Shown here one piece after another: positions 19,629 through 30,198 of a stretch of DNA of 64,000 nucleotides. Numbering within the stretch: position 1 is the stretch's first letter; each line of letters starts with the position of its first letter. A program made the translations under genes and the position numbers. Below the pieces are notes generated by a model. The model saw nothing but the letters and a program-made list of their open reading frames with translations. It had not been told where the DNA came from and ran no database searches. This DNA comes from Candidatus Micrarchaeota archaeon (GTDB lineage Archaea > Micrarchaeota > Micrarchaeia > Anstonellales > JAGGVH01): contig JAHKLX010000022.1 in assembly GCA_020854835.1 (NCBI GenBank), positions 55,242 to 119,241 on the forward strand, written 5' to 3'.

Positions 19629-20900
19629 ATGGTGAAGGAAATGGAAAAAAGGATTGGAATACGTGAAGACAAAAATGTTGGAAAAAAAGATAATGAAAAA
19701 AAACAAAAAATTAATCTTAAAGATGAGCTAACAGAAGGTATACCTGATATTAAATTTATTAATGAAGTTTTTAGAATTGTAGAAGCAAACAGACATTTTA
19801 TGTTAAATCCTGCCCTCAAAAAACTGGTTGTTGATTTTCTCAAACAACAACTAGAAAACGATCAACGAGATTTGTTTTTTGAATTAAATATTTTAAACTT
19901 ATATATTAAGAGATTGGGAAATTCAGTGGGTAGCATGTTCGAATATCAGGTTTTTGGTGAAAAAGGAGAAGAATATCATTTTAATTTAGATTTTATTTTA
20001 TCATATTCTAGTGCTTTGCAAGAAGTTTTATATAATGCAAATCTGCCCAAAAATTTTGATTTTAATGATGTAGAGAATATAGTTGTGGATATGTTTTCAA
20101 GAATACAGAAAAGAGAATTAACTGAAATGGATTTTGAGACATATTATTCATCTTTTTTTAAATTTTATTGTTTTAGGTTTAATGATGAAAAATCAACAAA
20201 ATTAAAATTAAATATCGTGCGAGAAATTTATTCATCTTATAAGGATTCGCCAATTCCTGCAGCAGAAGGATTTCTTACACTTGAATATGATCTAATATTA
20301 TCTAATGTCCTCCAATCTTTACCCGAAGACGTAATAAAAAGTGAATTGGATTTCTTGAAAGAATTGTCCGTTTGGACATTTTTGCCAAAGAAAAGCTTGT
20401 ATGATCTAGTATCAATGCTTTTACCTTTAATAGATGATATAGAATATTGGGATAATTTGCTTTTCAGTTTATCAAATGATGGTGCAATTCAAAAAGCAGA
20501 CTATGCCCCTTATGATTTATCATATGCCACATTCCAGAACATAAAAACAAAAATAACTAAATCTGAATTTGATAAAATACTGGATTCTATTGAATCAGGT
20601 TCAAAATACGCCCCAAATACTAAACATATTTTTTATGAAGCTATTAAACCAAACGAAGCACTAATATATTTTGAAAAATTAATAAATTTAATAATAACTC
20701 GAAACATTTACGACAGAGAAATTATTGATATAGTTAGGGATTTGTATTATTTCAATTTACAGAAAAATCCTGTGCATTATTTGGGGGATTCATTTGTCCA
20801 ATCTGTAAAAACTTTACAAACAAGCAGTCTTTTTGACGGAATTGAGATTAGCGGGGGAAATTTTAAAGATGTTTTATCAAGAAAGATAACAGGGGATTAA
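19629..20900 (+). CDS. Hypothetical protein (423 aa, predicted helical)
   Basis: ORF begins 41 nt after the giant gene. No family recognised. Confidence 0.55.
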   Translation: MVKEMEKRIGIREDKNVGKKDNEKKQKINLKDELTEGIPDIKFINEVFRIVEANRHFMLNPALKKLVVDFLKQQLENDQRDLFFELNILNLYIKRLGNSVGSMFEYQVFGEKGEEYHFNLDFILSYSSALQEVLYNANLPKNFDFNDVENIVVDMFSRIQKRELTEMDFETYYSSFFKFYCFRFNDEKSTKLKLNIVREIYSSYKDSPIPAAEGFLTLEYDLILSNVLQSLPEDVIKSELDFLKELSVWTFLPKKSLYDLVSMLLPLIDDIEYWDNLLFSLSNDGAIQKADYAPYDLSYATFQNIKTKITKSEFDKILDSIESGSKYAPNTKHIFYEAIKPNEALIYFEKLINLIITRNIYDREIIDIVRDLYYFNLQKNPVHYLGDSFVQSVKTLQTSSLFDGIEISGGNFKDVLSRKITGD

Positions 20901-20981
20901 TTCCGAGCAATTAATTAAACTTCTAACTGCCAATTTTATTGTTTTGTAAAGGTTTTTAAATTTTGACATGGATTATCTTTT

Positions 20982-21710
20982 ATGGAAAGAATACCAACTC
21001 ACATATATGGTTTGGATGATTTAATACAAGGGGGATTTCCTAAAGGAAATACTATACTTGTATCAGGACCTGCAGGAACTGGGAAAACTGTTTTTTCATT
21101 ACAATATCTATGCAAAGGTGCTGAAAAAGGCGAAAAATGTGTTTTTATATCTTTTGAGATGATGCCCGAACAATTGTTGGAACAATCTGAACAATTTGGA
21201 TGGAAATTGAGAGATTATGTTGAACAAGGAAATGTTATTTTGAGATATTATGATTTAAATGCTATTCACGTTTCAACAGTACTAAAAGATCTTCAAACTA
21301 TATTGAAAAGATACAATCCAACAAGACTTGTTATTGATTCTTTGACAATTTTGGGAGTTTATGCAGAACTTGTGGAAACATCAGAAATTATAGAAATGCT
21401 CAACATGAATGATAAAATAAGCATACCTACCGAAGCCGTAACCCGAAGAACCATAACTAATCTAATTCATATGCTTGATGTTCATCCTGTAACATCTATT
21501 GTTACATCTGAATTAGGTGAAGGTAGCAAATGGCTTTCAAGAGATACAATTTCTGAGTTTATCTGCGATGGTGTTGTACTTTTAAAAAATGAACCTACTG
21601 GAAGATCTCTATCAAGGACAATTGAAGTTAGAAAAATGAGGCTTACCAATATCCGAGGGGGGATATATGGATTTACATTTTCTCAAAATGGCATAACGGT
21701 GAACATATGA
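20982..21710 (+). CDS. KaiC-like / RadA-like RecA-superfamily ATPase (single domain)
   Basis: IPTHIYGLDDLIQGGFPKGNTILVSGPAGTGKT (Walker A), RLVIDSL (Walker B-like), length about 240 aa. Confidence 0.85.
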   Translation: MERIPTHIYGLDDLIQGGFPKGNTILVSGPAGTGKTVFSLQYLCKGAEKGEKCVFISFEMMPEQLLEQSEQFGWKLRDYVEQGNVILRYYDLNAIHVSTVLKDLQTILKRYNPTRLVIDSLTILGVYAELVETSEIIEMLNMNDKISIPTEAVTRRTITNLIHMLDVHPVTSIVTSELGEGSKWLSRDTISEFICDGVVLLKNEPTGRSLSRTIEVRKMRLTNIRGGIYGFTFSQNGITVNI

Positions 21711-22102
21711 AGCTTCCAGGGGTTTCTAAATTTTTCAATGTTAATAATGAGTTGTATGGTGAAATTTTGAAGATAGATTCCAAAACTCCTGATTTTTCCC
21801 TAAAAGCAACTAGATATGGGAAAGAGCTCGCAAAAAAGAAAAGAGTATCTTCCATACTATATATTTATGAATTGTTTAAGGACCTAGGTTCAGAAATTAA
21901 AATACTTTCTTCAACTCCTTTCACAATCCAACTAAATATTGCTGAGTCAAATTTCATTGTTTTTTTTATGAAAGGTTTATTTTTAGAAATTTATGGACTT
22001 GAATTTGAATTTAAAACTAAAAAAACAAAACCTCTCATTCTTGAAGGCCGAGTCAAAAAGAATAAAAATGAGTTCTTTGAAACAGTATCTAATGAAAAAT
22101 AA
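21707..22102 (+). CDS. Hypothetical small protein, translationally coupled to the KaiC-like ATPase
   Basis: Its start overlaps the ATPase stop in an ATGA arrangement. No family recognised. Confidence 0.45.
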   Translation: MKLPGVSKFFNVNNELYGEILKIDSKTPDFSLKATRYGKELAKKKRVSSILYIYELFKDLGSEIKILSSTPFTIQLNIAESNFIVFFMKGLFLEIYGLEFEFKTKKTKPLILEGRVKKNKNEFFETVSNEK

Positions 22103-23006
22103 AAAAAACAGAGAGTTCTACTCAAAAGGAAAGTTAAATTTTCTCACTTTTGCCAATGATAAATATATATCGCAGGCGAACGCCATTGAATTTTCAAGAA
22201 GATTTGATTATTTAGATGAAATAGAAGTTTGGGAGTTTGGATGTGGAACAGGTCACTTTGCGCTGAATTTTTTAGACCATCTGAAAAAAACAAATCGAGA
22301 AATCTACAAAAAAACAAATTACACAGTTTTTGATTTCTCAAAAAAAATGCTTTCCAACGCCAAAAAATTACTTGCTAAACATAGAATTGAAACAGTTGTT
22401 TATGAAGGTCCTGATGAAATACCCAAAGATAAGGTTCATTATGTTAGAATGAATGAATTTTGGGATGATTTGGAAGCTGATATTTTTACTTTTAAACAAA
22501 ATAAGGTATACAACATTTTAAAGAAAAAATACCAGAATAATCCTGCCGCATACGAATTCCTTAAAATGTTGCCTTCTGAAAGCGAGGTTGTGATAAATTC
22601 CCAAGCTGCGCATCATCTATGGCAAATCAATACGAAGTTGGTTTACGGTGGATTAATTGACGTTTTTGATTATGGTTTCACAACTATCGAGTGCCCCTTT
22701 GACACAAATCTAGGTTTTATACGGAGAGAAAATGAGCACATAACTTACGATATAAATTTTATTTATATGAAAGCCTTTGCTAGATCATTAAACCTGAATA
22801 CATATATTGAGCTTCAAGAAAACTATGTCAATTCTATTTTCTCAGATTTAAGAGAGGTTGAAATGGAAGGCAGACTTTGTTATATGTCTCCGGATGAATT
22901 AAAAAAGAATTCCAAAAAACTTAAACTAAGAGGATATTCTGATGCTTTTATACTAGGAGATACAATAGAAGCAAGTGAATATCATCATATGAGAATATGG
23001 AAATAG
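22068..23006 (+). CDS. Class I SAM-dependent methyltransferase, MidA/DUF185-like
   Basis: Motif I VWEFGCGTGHFALNFLDHL and the late IDVFDYGF motif typical of the MidA family. The track start at 21993 overlaps the previous ORF by 110 nt; ATG 22068 or 22092 is more plausible. Confidence 0.6.
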   Translation: MSSLKQYLMKNKKNREFYSKGKLNFLTFANDKYISQANAIEFSRRFDYLDEIEVWEFGCGTGHFALNFLDHLKKTNREIYKKTNYTVFDFSKKMLSNAKKLLAKHRIETVVYEGPDEIPKDKVHYVRMNEFWDDLEADIFTFKQNKVYNILKKKYQNNPAAYEFLKMLPSESEVVINSQAAHHLWQINTKLVYGGLIDVFDYGFTTIECPFDTNLGFIRRENEHITYDINFIYMKAFARSLNLNTYIELQENYVNSIFSDLREVEMEGRLCYMSPDELKKNSKKLKLRGYSDAFILGDTIEASEYHHMRIWK

Positions 23007-23037
23007 TTTTTTAAACAATTTCCCACAATACATATTT

Positions 23038-23655
23038 ATGACTTCCCAAAAAATTGTTAAATGGAGAGAAAATATTAGATATGTTCAAAGAGGAGAATTT
23101 GATTCAAGGTTTGAAAGCAGATTAATTGGTACTCAATATGTTGGAGAGTCTGATGCATTCATGGGCCCCAAATCACCAGTTATTATTACAGGTACAACGA
23201 AAGCCAGTATTTATGAATTAAAGATTGCGGCAGATATAGCAAAAAACGAATTCAAAAAATCAAAAAACATAATAACAACTGGATCCCATGGGGTTGAGGA
23301 ATATGTTATGAAAATGGTTGCTCATTTTCAAGGTCAACAAGCTGTTTTTATTGTTTCACCCTTGCGCAGTCCGACACCTTCTGAAAATATCTGGCTATTT
23401 GAAATGATTCTAAAACATAAGGGGGCTATAATTTCAACACCAAATTGCGAATTACCTGATGAGAGTATTATGTTAAGAAATCAAATAATGGTTTATCTGT
23501 CAGATAACCTTGTTATTGTTTCGGCAAAACCTAATTCAGGAAGTATAAATATATTGGAAGAAAGTCTTAAACAAAAAAAGCCTGTTTATGTTGTTGATTA
23601 TCCTCCAAATGATTTTTTATTTGCCCGTTATCCTGTTGAGGAATATAAATTCTAA
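23038..23655 (+). CDS. DprA/Smf-like Rossmann-fold (SLOG superfamily) protein
   Basis: The ordered motifs match the DprA core pattern by eye: VIITGTTKAS.YELKIAADIAK, IITTGSHGVEEYV, AVFIVSPL, LRNQIMVYLSDNLVIVSAKPNSGSINILEESLKQKKPVYVV. Confidence 0.55.
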   Translation: MTSQKIVKWRENIRYVQRGEFDSRFESRLIGTQYVGESDAFMGPKSPVIITGTTKASIYELKIAADIAKNEFKKSKNIITTGSHGVEEYVMKMVAHFQGQQAVFIVSPLRSPTPSENIWLFEMILKHKGAIISTPNCELPDESIMLRNQIMVYLSDNLVIVSAKPNSGSINILEESLKQKKPVYVVDYPPNDFLFARYPVEEYKF

Positions 23656-24470
23656 TCAACAATCACAAGACCTGTGTTTTTTTCATCCAGCCTCTTCAAT
23701 TTTCTTTGAAGATATTTTGGGTTGGATATAGAAGCTCTAATTTCAATGTTTTGTTCATCAAAACTTGGTAAAACAACTGTTCCTCCCTCACTTAATTTTC
23801 CAAAATGTATGTGATAATATCCATGTGCCCCATCAATTCTTACTAAGGTTGAAAACTCAGATCTCAAATCTTGTTTTTTATGTCCTGTCCAACCTCTAAC
23901 ATTGTATTTAAAATCAGACCAACCATTTTTACCAGTAAAAGTTAAATCTTTGATGATAAACCCATTATTAACAAAAACTATTGCGTCCACCCTAGTTATT
24001 CTATCTCCTTTTTGTGTAAGTGTGAACCAATATTTGAATTTTCTTTTATAGTTATAATAATCTTTCCCATTCCAATCAACGACTGTTTCTGGCAACCAAA
24101 GATCGCCCCAATAGTTTTCTGAAAAAACATCATAAATAATTGTTTCGTCGGTTGTAACTTGATAACTGGTACCACTATCCTCGATTATTTCAACAAACAT
24201 TCTGGGCATTTTGTTTGTTTTCAATTTTGATTTTCGCACAGCTTCTTCGAATTTTTGAAATTGAGATGGAGTTCTTTCAAACCCGAATTTGTAACCTGTT
24301 ATTGAAATTATTTCTCCTCTTCCCCTCTCATTCAAACCTGATGTTTTTGATATCATGAAAAGATTGTCTTTAGCAAAAACTGCTGCACCAGTCTTTTTTC
24401 TTTCAGGTGAAACAAGATTGGGGTAAATTTCAATTCCCTGAGTGAAAATGGACTTAAGGTTGGAAACCAT
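23652..24470 (-). CDS. Hypothetical protein
   Basis: Long ORF. The track start at 24488 is TTG; the first ATG is at 24470. It runs divergent to the radical SAM gene. Confidence 0.5.
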   Translation of the reverse strand: MVSNLKSIFTQGIEIYPNLVSPERKKTGAAVFAKDNLFMISKTSGLNERGRGEIISITGYKFGFERTPSQFQKFEEAVRKSKLKTNKMPRMFVEIIEDSGTSYQVTTDETIIYDVFSENYWGDLWLPETVVDWNGKDYYNYKRKFKYWFTLTQKGDRITRVDAIVFVNNGFIIKDLTFTGKNGWSDFKYNVRGWTGHKKQDLRSEFSTLVRIDGAHGYYHIHFGKLSEGGTVVLPSFDEQNIEIRASISNPKYLQRKLKRLDEKNTGLVIVD

Positions 24471-24629
24471 AACACTATTATAATACAAATCATTTTTATT
24501 CTTTAACTATTGTTTGAAATTGTGTTTGCATTCAAAAACTAAAAATTACGATTGGTTTTTGTTAAACTGATTTTCACGACTTTTATTCTCGCAGAAAGTT
24601 TTTTAAATTGTTTTAGAGTATATATATTT

Positions 24630-25592
24630 ATGGCTACTCATTCCCATCATACCAACCTTAGAGATTTTGTTCGCATGGGTGTAACGATTGTAAAAACTGC
24701 TGACATTCGCGATGCAGTATTAAATGCATTTTATTTTACACATCATCATCTTCGTTCCACCAGGTTTATTAAATCTCAAGTTTGGTATCCGTCAGTTAAT
24801 ATAATTGAAATGACGTACGGATGCAATCGTAACTGTCTTGGTTGTTATATTCCTTTAGAACAGAGGCACGATAAAAAGGTTATAGATTCTACCATACTCG
24901 AGAGAACTATCACTGAATCAAAAAATATTGGCATTCCTCTGTTTGTTCTTGTTGGTGGTGAAGTTATGTCAGAACAAATGATGCCCCTTCTGGAGGCAAC
25001 AGTGCGTTCCAATAAAGACTGTATGTTTGTGGTTTGCACGAACGGAGATTATATTGCTAAACAGGGCGTGGGTACACTCGCAAATGTTCACAATATCTCT
25101 TTTTCAGTTAGCATTGATGGTTTTCAAGAAGAGCATGATTTTATACGCGGACATGGGTCGTTTGAAAATACCTCTATGGCACTGGATAGATTGAGGGATT
25201 CTCACAAGGCCTTTTTTGTTTCTTCAACTATGAGAAACAACAATGATGCCACAGTGTTATCGCCAGAGTTCAACCATTTTTTGAAAAGTAAGGGTGTTGT
25301 TTATCAGGGTGTACAGAGGTTCAGATCTCCAAATCCTGAAGAAGAGTACCCATCTGAAAAATTTCTTAATTATCTTTGCCATATTGCAAATCATAGATGT
25401 TCATATCCTGTCCCAATAATCCATGGGCATATAAGTGAGGATCTTCTTTCTCAGGATACGCAGTTCTCCTATATTATTACTAGTATGAATGGAGATATTC
25501 GAATTGGCAAAGTAAAGGAAGAATATGGCAATATGGCAGAAGAGTCCTTGCCCAATATAATTGAAAAAATAAGAAACGACCATCGAATATAA
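24630..25592 (+). CDS. Radical SAM protein (MoaA/PqqE-like core, function unknown)
   Basis: CNRNCLGCY CX3CX2C cluster motif, GGE-type motif VLVGGEV, and SVSIDG. The TTG at 24552 in the track is replaced by ATG 24630, which has a TTTTAAAT box about 27 nt upstream. Confidence 0.8.
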   Translation: MATHSHHTNLRDFVRMGVTIVKTADIRDAVLNAFYFTHHHLRSTRFIKSQVWYPSVNIIEMTYGCNRNCLGCYIPLEQRHDKKVIDSTILERTITESKNIGIPLFVLVGGEVMSEQMMPLLEATVRSNKDCMFVVCTNGDYIAKQGVGTLANVHNISFSVSIDGFQEEHDFIRGHGSFENTSMALDRLRDSHKAFFVSSTMRNNNDATVLSPEFNHFLKSKGVVYQGVQRFRSPNPEEEYPSEKFLNYLCHIANHRCSYPVPIIHGHISEDLLSQDTQFSYIITSMNGDIRIGKVKEEYGNMAEESLPNIIEKIRNDHRI

Positions 25593-25606
25593 AATATTAT
25601 TTATCT

Positions 25607-28078
25607 TTAATCAATGTTCTCGTTTTCATTTTCAATATCTTCCTGCTCTGGTATGGGATCGGCAGATGTGGAACCATTCTCATTTTGATCTGAAGCAACA
25701 ACAGAGCTTGCAACCACTGTTTCACTGGCTTCAAGGTCAAGACGCATCAACCTAACTCCAACTGTGTTTCTTCCAACAACTCTTATGGAATTTACAGCTA
25801 TTCTAACTATTTTTCCTGATGTGCTCAACAATATCACTTCGTCTTCGTCTGTTACATTATGGGCAGAAACTACGTTACCTTTAGTTGTTTTTATCCCTAT
25901 AACTCCTTTTCCGCCTCTTTTTTGTTTTCTATAGTCCTCAATCGCCGTTCTTTTTCCATATCCATTTTCAGTTATAGTTAATGTTTGATCTTTTGCGACA
26001 CACAAGGCAACAACTCTGTCTTCTTTTTTCAATCTTATTCCTCTTACACCTTGGGCAGTTCGTCCCATAGATCTCGCATCTCTCTCATCAAATCTAATTG
26101 CCAAACCTTTATGGGTGATTATAATTATATCGTCTTCACCTTCAGTTCTCTTAACACCCACAACTCTATCATTCTCTCTCAGGCTCAAGGCTATTATTCC
26201 GTTTGATCTGGGATGGCTGTACGCTTTTAACTCAGTTCTTTTGACATACCCCTTTTCTGTAACTGCAAACAAATACCCTTTCCAATCATTATTCACAGGA
26301 ATAACTGTTCTCACTTTGGAGTCGCCAACTTGGAGTAAGTTTTTAATATGCCTTCCTTTCGCATACCTGCCCATTTCAGGTATTTGGTATGCTTTTATCC
26401 AGTAAACTTTTCCATCTTCTGTGAAAACCAAAAGCCAGTCTCTATTTTTAACAGCTATGATATCATCAACCATGTCTTCTTTTGTTTTCATTCCTATAAC
26501 TCCTTTTCCGCCTCTTCCCTGTGCGCGATATTCATCCATTTGAACTCTTTTAACATATCCATCTTGCGTCAAAATAATGACAACTTGATCATCATTAACC
26601 AATTCATCATTATCAAACGTTTCAAAAACTTGGTTTGAAATTTCTGTTTTTCTTTTGTCGCCGTATTTTTCTTTTATTTCTAAAAGTTCATCTCTTATTA
26701 CTTGCATTAAAACAGATTCATTGTCAATTATTGTTTTATATGCTTTAATTTTAATTTGAAGGTCTTTTAATTCATCCTCGAGCTTAGATCGTTCTAAACC
26801 AGTAAGTTTTTGAAGTTTCATATCCAAAATTGCCTTTGCTTGAACTTCGCTTAGATTAAATCTTGACATTAATTTTTCTGAAGCTTCTTTAGGATCATTC
26901 GACTGTTTTACAATTTTAACAGTTTCATCAATATTATTAACGCAAGTTATCAAACCTTCAACTAAATGTTTTCTTTCTTCTGCTTTTTTCAAATCAAATT
27001 TAGTGCGCTTTAATACAATGTCTCTTCTGAAATCTATAAAATTATTCAAAAGTTGTTTCATGTTTAATTGTTTAGGAATGCCATTTACAATTGCCAAATT
27101 AATTATTCCATAAGTTTTGCTCAGATCTGTTAACTGGTATAAATTTTTCAGTACAACATCAGGATCAAAACCTTTATCAATGTCAACCAATACTAACATT
27201 CCTCTCCTGTCAGACATATCTCTGATGTCTCTTACTCCCTCAAGTTTTTTGTGTTTAACCAAGCTTGCGATTTTGCCAATCAAACTCGCTTTATTTGTTT
27301 GGTAGGGGAGTTCAGTTATTCTTATTTGCATTCCTTTTTTTGTTTCAACAATTTCTGCTTTTGCATTAACTCTAATTGAGCCTCTTCCATTTTTGTAAGC
27401 ATTAAGAATCCCGTTTTTGCCCATTATTGTTCCACCTGTTGGGAAGTCAGGACCTGGGAGTACCTTTAAAATTTCTGTTAAATCAACAGAGGGAGTATCT
27501 ATTGTCATAATCAACGCATCAACAACTTCTCCTAAATTGTGGGGCAGCATATTTGTAGCCATGCCTACTGCGATTCCAGATGATCCATTTACCAACAGAG
27601 TTGGAATTTTGGTTGGCAAAACAACTGGTTCTTGCAATGATCCATCAAAATTATCTGTAAAATTAACAGTTTCTTTTTCAATATCCTTCAAAATTTCATC
27701 TGATATTTTTGATAATCTCGCTTCTGTATATCTCATAGCAGCAGCAGAATCTCCATCAACAGAACCAAAGTTTCCCTGACCGTCAATTAATTCATATCTC
27801 ATTGAGAAGTCCTGTGCCATTCTAACCAATGAATTATAAACAGCCAAATCGCCATGGGGGTGAAATTTACCCAACGTTTCTCCAACTATTCTTGCACATT
27901 TTTTATATGCTTTTGAATGAGTGTTCCCCATAGCATGCATAGCAAACAATATTCTCCTGTGAACTGGTTTGAGACCGTCTCTAACATCTGGTAATGCTCT
28001 GCCTATAATAACACTCATTGAATAATCTATATATGATTCTTTCATTTCTTTTTCAATAGGTTTAATCAATTCTTTCAT
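25607..28078 (-). CDS. gyrA: DNA gyrase subunit A
   Basis: Full-length match including the AAMRYTE active-site tyrosine motif and the GyrA C-terminal beta-pinwheel with QGRGGKG and RGGKG boxes. AGGTGA SD sits in the end of gyrB. Confidence 0.97.
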   Translation of the reverse strand: MKELIKPIEKEMKESYIDYSMSVIIGRALPDVRDGLKPVHRRILFAMHAMGNTHSKAYKKCARIVGETLGKFHPHGDLAVYNSLVRMAQDFSMRYELIDGQGNFGSVDGDSAAAMRYTEARLSKISDEILKDIEKETVNFTDNFDGSLQEPVVLPTKIPTLLVNGSSGIAVGMATNMLPHNLGEVVDALIMTIDTPSVDLTEILKVLPGPDFPTGGTIMGKNGILNAYKNGRGSIRVNAKAEIVETKKGMQIRITELPYQTNKASLIGKIASLVKHKKLEGVRDIRDMSDRRGMLVLVDIDKGFDPDVVLKNLYQLTDLSKTYGIINLAIVNGIPKQLNMKQLLNNFIDFRRDIVLKRTKFDLKKAEERKHLVEGLITCVNNIDETVKIVKQSNDPKEASEKLMSRFNLSEVQAKAILDMKLQKLTGLERSKLEDELKDLQIKIKAYKTIIDNESVLMQVIRDELLEIKEKYGDKRKTEISNQVFETFDNDELVNDDQVVIILTQDGYVKRVQMDEYRAQGRGGKGVIGMKTKEDMVDDIIAVKNRDWLLVFTEDGKVYWIKAYQIPEMGRYAKGRHIKNLLQVGDSKVRTVIPVNNDWKGYLFAVTEKGYVKRTELKAYSHPRSNGIIALSLRENDRVVGVKRTEGEDDIIIITHKGLAIRFDERDARSMGRTAQGVRGIRLKKEDRVVALCVAKDQTLTITENGYGKRTAIEDYRKQKRGGKGVIGIKTTKGNVVSAHNVTDEDEVILLSTSGKIVRIAVNSIRVVGRNTVGVRLMRLDLEASETVVASSVVASDQNENGSTSADPIPEQEDIENENENID

Positions 28079-28088
28079 TTAACTCACC

Positions 28089-29975
28089 TTAAATATCAAG
28101 CATTCTAACATCTTTAGCATGTTTTTGGATAAATTCCCTTCTAGGTTCTACTTCTTCACCCATAAGTATGCTAAAGAGTTCATCTGCATATGCTGCATCT
28201 TCAATATTCACCTTAATCATTGTTCTAGTGTCTGGATTCATAGTTGTATCCCACAATTGCTCAGGATTCATTTCTCCCAAACCTTTGTATCGCTGTATCC
28301 CTGGATTACTCCCAATTTCTTCTAAGGCTTTTTTCAATTCTTCATCAGAATAAACATATCTGTTTTTTCCAATTTTATATAATGGGGGCATCGCAATGTA
28401 TATCCTTCCATTTTCAATCAATTCGCGCATATATCTGTAAATCAACGTCAATAGTAGTGTTCTAATATGTGCACCATCTACATCTGCATCAGTCATTATA
28501 ACTACTTTTCCATATCTTAATTTTTTAATATCAAATTCTTCTCCAATATTTGTACCTATTGCTTTAATCAAAGTCCTAATCTCTGCACTATTCAAAATTT
28601 TATTTATTTGTGCCTTTTCAACGTTCAATATCTTTCCCCTGAGTGGTAAAATAGCTTGTGTTGTTCTATCTCTTGCTTGTTTGGCCGAACCACCTGCAGA
28701 ATCACCTTCGACAATATATATCTCACTTTTTTCTAAATCATGTGTTGCACAATCAGCAAGTTTTCCAGGCAATATGGCAGTTTCCAAAGCGCTTTTTCTT
28801 CTTATAAGGTCTTTTGCTTTTTGTGCTGCTTCTCTTGCTCTTGCAGCCCGCAGAACTTTATTTAATATTGTGTTTGCGCTTTCAGGATGTTCTTCTAAAA
28901 ATTGTTTTATTTTTTCATAAGCGATTTTACTCACAATTCCTTGAACTTTCAAATTTCCAAGCTTTGTTTTAGTTTGTCCTTCAAATTGAGGATCAGAAAT
29001 TTTAATAGAAATTATTGCTGTTAAACCTTCTTTTACATCTTCTCCACTTATTTTATCATTTATTTTGTTGTTTTTTGCAAAATCATTAATTGCCCTCGTA
29101 ATCGCAGTTTTAAACCCAGTTAAATGAGTTCCGCCTTCTATAGTATTGATATTGTTTACAAAACTCAATATGGTTGGAGAATAAACAGTGGTGTATTGCA
29201 TTGCAATATCAACATATACATCTCCTTGTTTATTTGAGAAAAATATTACATCGTGAATACTTTCTTTTGCACGATTTATGTATTTTGTAAAGCCTATCAT
29301 GCCTTCTTGGGAATGAAAGGTGTCGCTTTTATTTGTTTTTTCATCAAAAATTGTGATCTCTACTCCTGCATTCAGAAAGGACAATTCTCTGAAACGAGAT
29401 GCCAAAATGTCATAGTCAAATTCAGTACTTTGAAATATTTCTTTGTCAGGTTTAAAATGAATTGTTGTCCCTGTCGTTTGAGTTTCTCCAATGTTTTCAA
29501 CATCTGAAACGGGTTTTCCCAGTTCGTATCTCTGTTTCCAAATCTTTCCATCCCTATAAACTGTAACAATCATTATTTCAGATAAAGCATTAACTACACT
29601 AACACCAACTCCGTGCAGCCCTCCGCTAACTTGATATGTTTTTTTGTCAAATTTCCCACCTGCATGCAAAACAGTCATAACAACTTCCAATGCAGATTTT
29701 TTTAATTTAGGGTGTGGGTCTACTGGCACACCCCTCCCATTATCTTTTATCAGTACGCTCCCATCTCTTTTCAAAATAATTTCAATTTTACTGCAAAATC
29801 CTGCCATTGCTTCGTCTATAGAATTATCTACAACCTCGTAAATTAAATGATGAAGCCCCCTCATACCTATGTCTCCTATATACATTGCAGGTCTCTTTCT
29901 AACAGCTTCTAAACCTTCTAAAACTTGAATGTTTTCGGCCGTATATCCATTATTATTTCCATTTACATTTTCCAT
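28089..29975 (-). CDS. gyrB: DNA gyrase subunit B
   Basis: GHKL ATPase motifs (GLHHLIYEVVDNSIDE, GGLHGVG), Toprim EGDSAGG, and PLRGKILNVEKA. Confidence 0.97.
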   Translation of the reverse strand: MENVNGNNNGYTAENIQVLEGLEAVRKRPAMYIGDIGMRGLHHLIYEVVDNSIDEAMAGFCSKIEIILKRDGSVLIKDNGRGVPVDPHPKLKKSALEVVMTVLHAGGKFDKKTYQVSGGLHGVGVSVVNALSEIMIVTVYRDGKIWKQRYELGKPVSDVENIGETQTTGTTIHFKPDKEIFQSTEFDYDILASRFRELSFLNAGVEITIFDEKTNKSDTFHSQEGMIGFTKYINRAKESIHDVIFFSNKQGDVYVDIAMQYTTVYSPTILSFVNNINTIEGGTHLTGFKTAITRAINDFAKNNKINDKISGEDVKEGLTAIISIKISDPQFEGQTKTKLGNLKVQGIVSKIAYEKIKQFLEEHPESANTILNKVLRAARAREAAQKAKDLIRRKSALETAILPGKLADCATHDLEKSEIYIVEGDSAGGSAKQARDRTTQAILPLRGKILNVEKAQINKILNSAEIRTLIKAIGTNIGEEFDIKKLRYGKVVIMTDADVDGAHIRTLLLTLIYRYMRELIENGRIYIAMPPLYKIGKNRYVYSDEELKKALEEIGSNPGIQRYKGLGEMNPEQLWDTTMNPDTRTMIKVNIEDAAYADELFSILMGEEVEPRREFIQKHAKDVRMLDI

Positions 29976-30198
29976 ATTCTCTCCTCTAAATAAAATTAAA
30001 TTTTATTTTAAACATCTACAAATATTTGCTCTTTAAACATATTTCTTTTGTGTTTTTTATTTATAAAGCTTCGCTTTATTCTATAAATTGATTTTCGCAG
30101 CTTTTTACCGACGTTAAAATTACCATTAAAAAGCCATTAAAAAACACAAAATAAAAAAGGCTTTCACATATGGCTAAAAAGTGCGACATTTTAATAGA

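Noticed and set aside
21993-22067. N-terminal 25 codons of the methyltransferase ORF as given in the track
   Set aside because: They would overlap the preceding ORF by 110 nt in another frame. The internal ATGs at 22068 and 22092 give the short overlaps typical of coupling in this window.
24552-24629. TTG-initiated 26-codon hydrophobic extension of the radical SAM ORF
   Set aside because: It uses a non-ATG start with no SD. ATG 24630 has a TATA-like box at about -27 and begins a sensible soluble N-terminus.
25985-29841. Many 60-120-aa plus-strand ORFs inside gyrA and gyrB
   Set aside because: They are antisense to two full-length, motif-complete gyrase genes and are chance open frames in AT-rich sequence.
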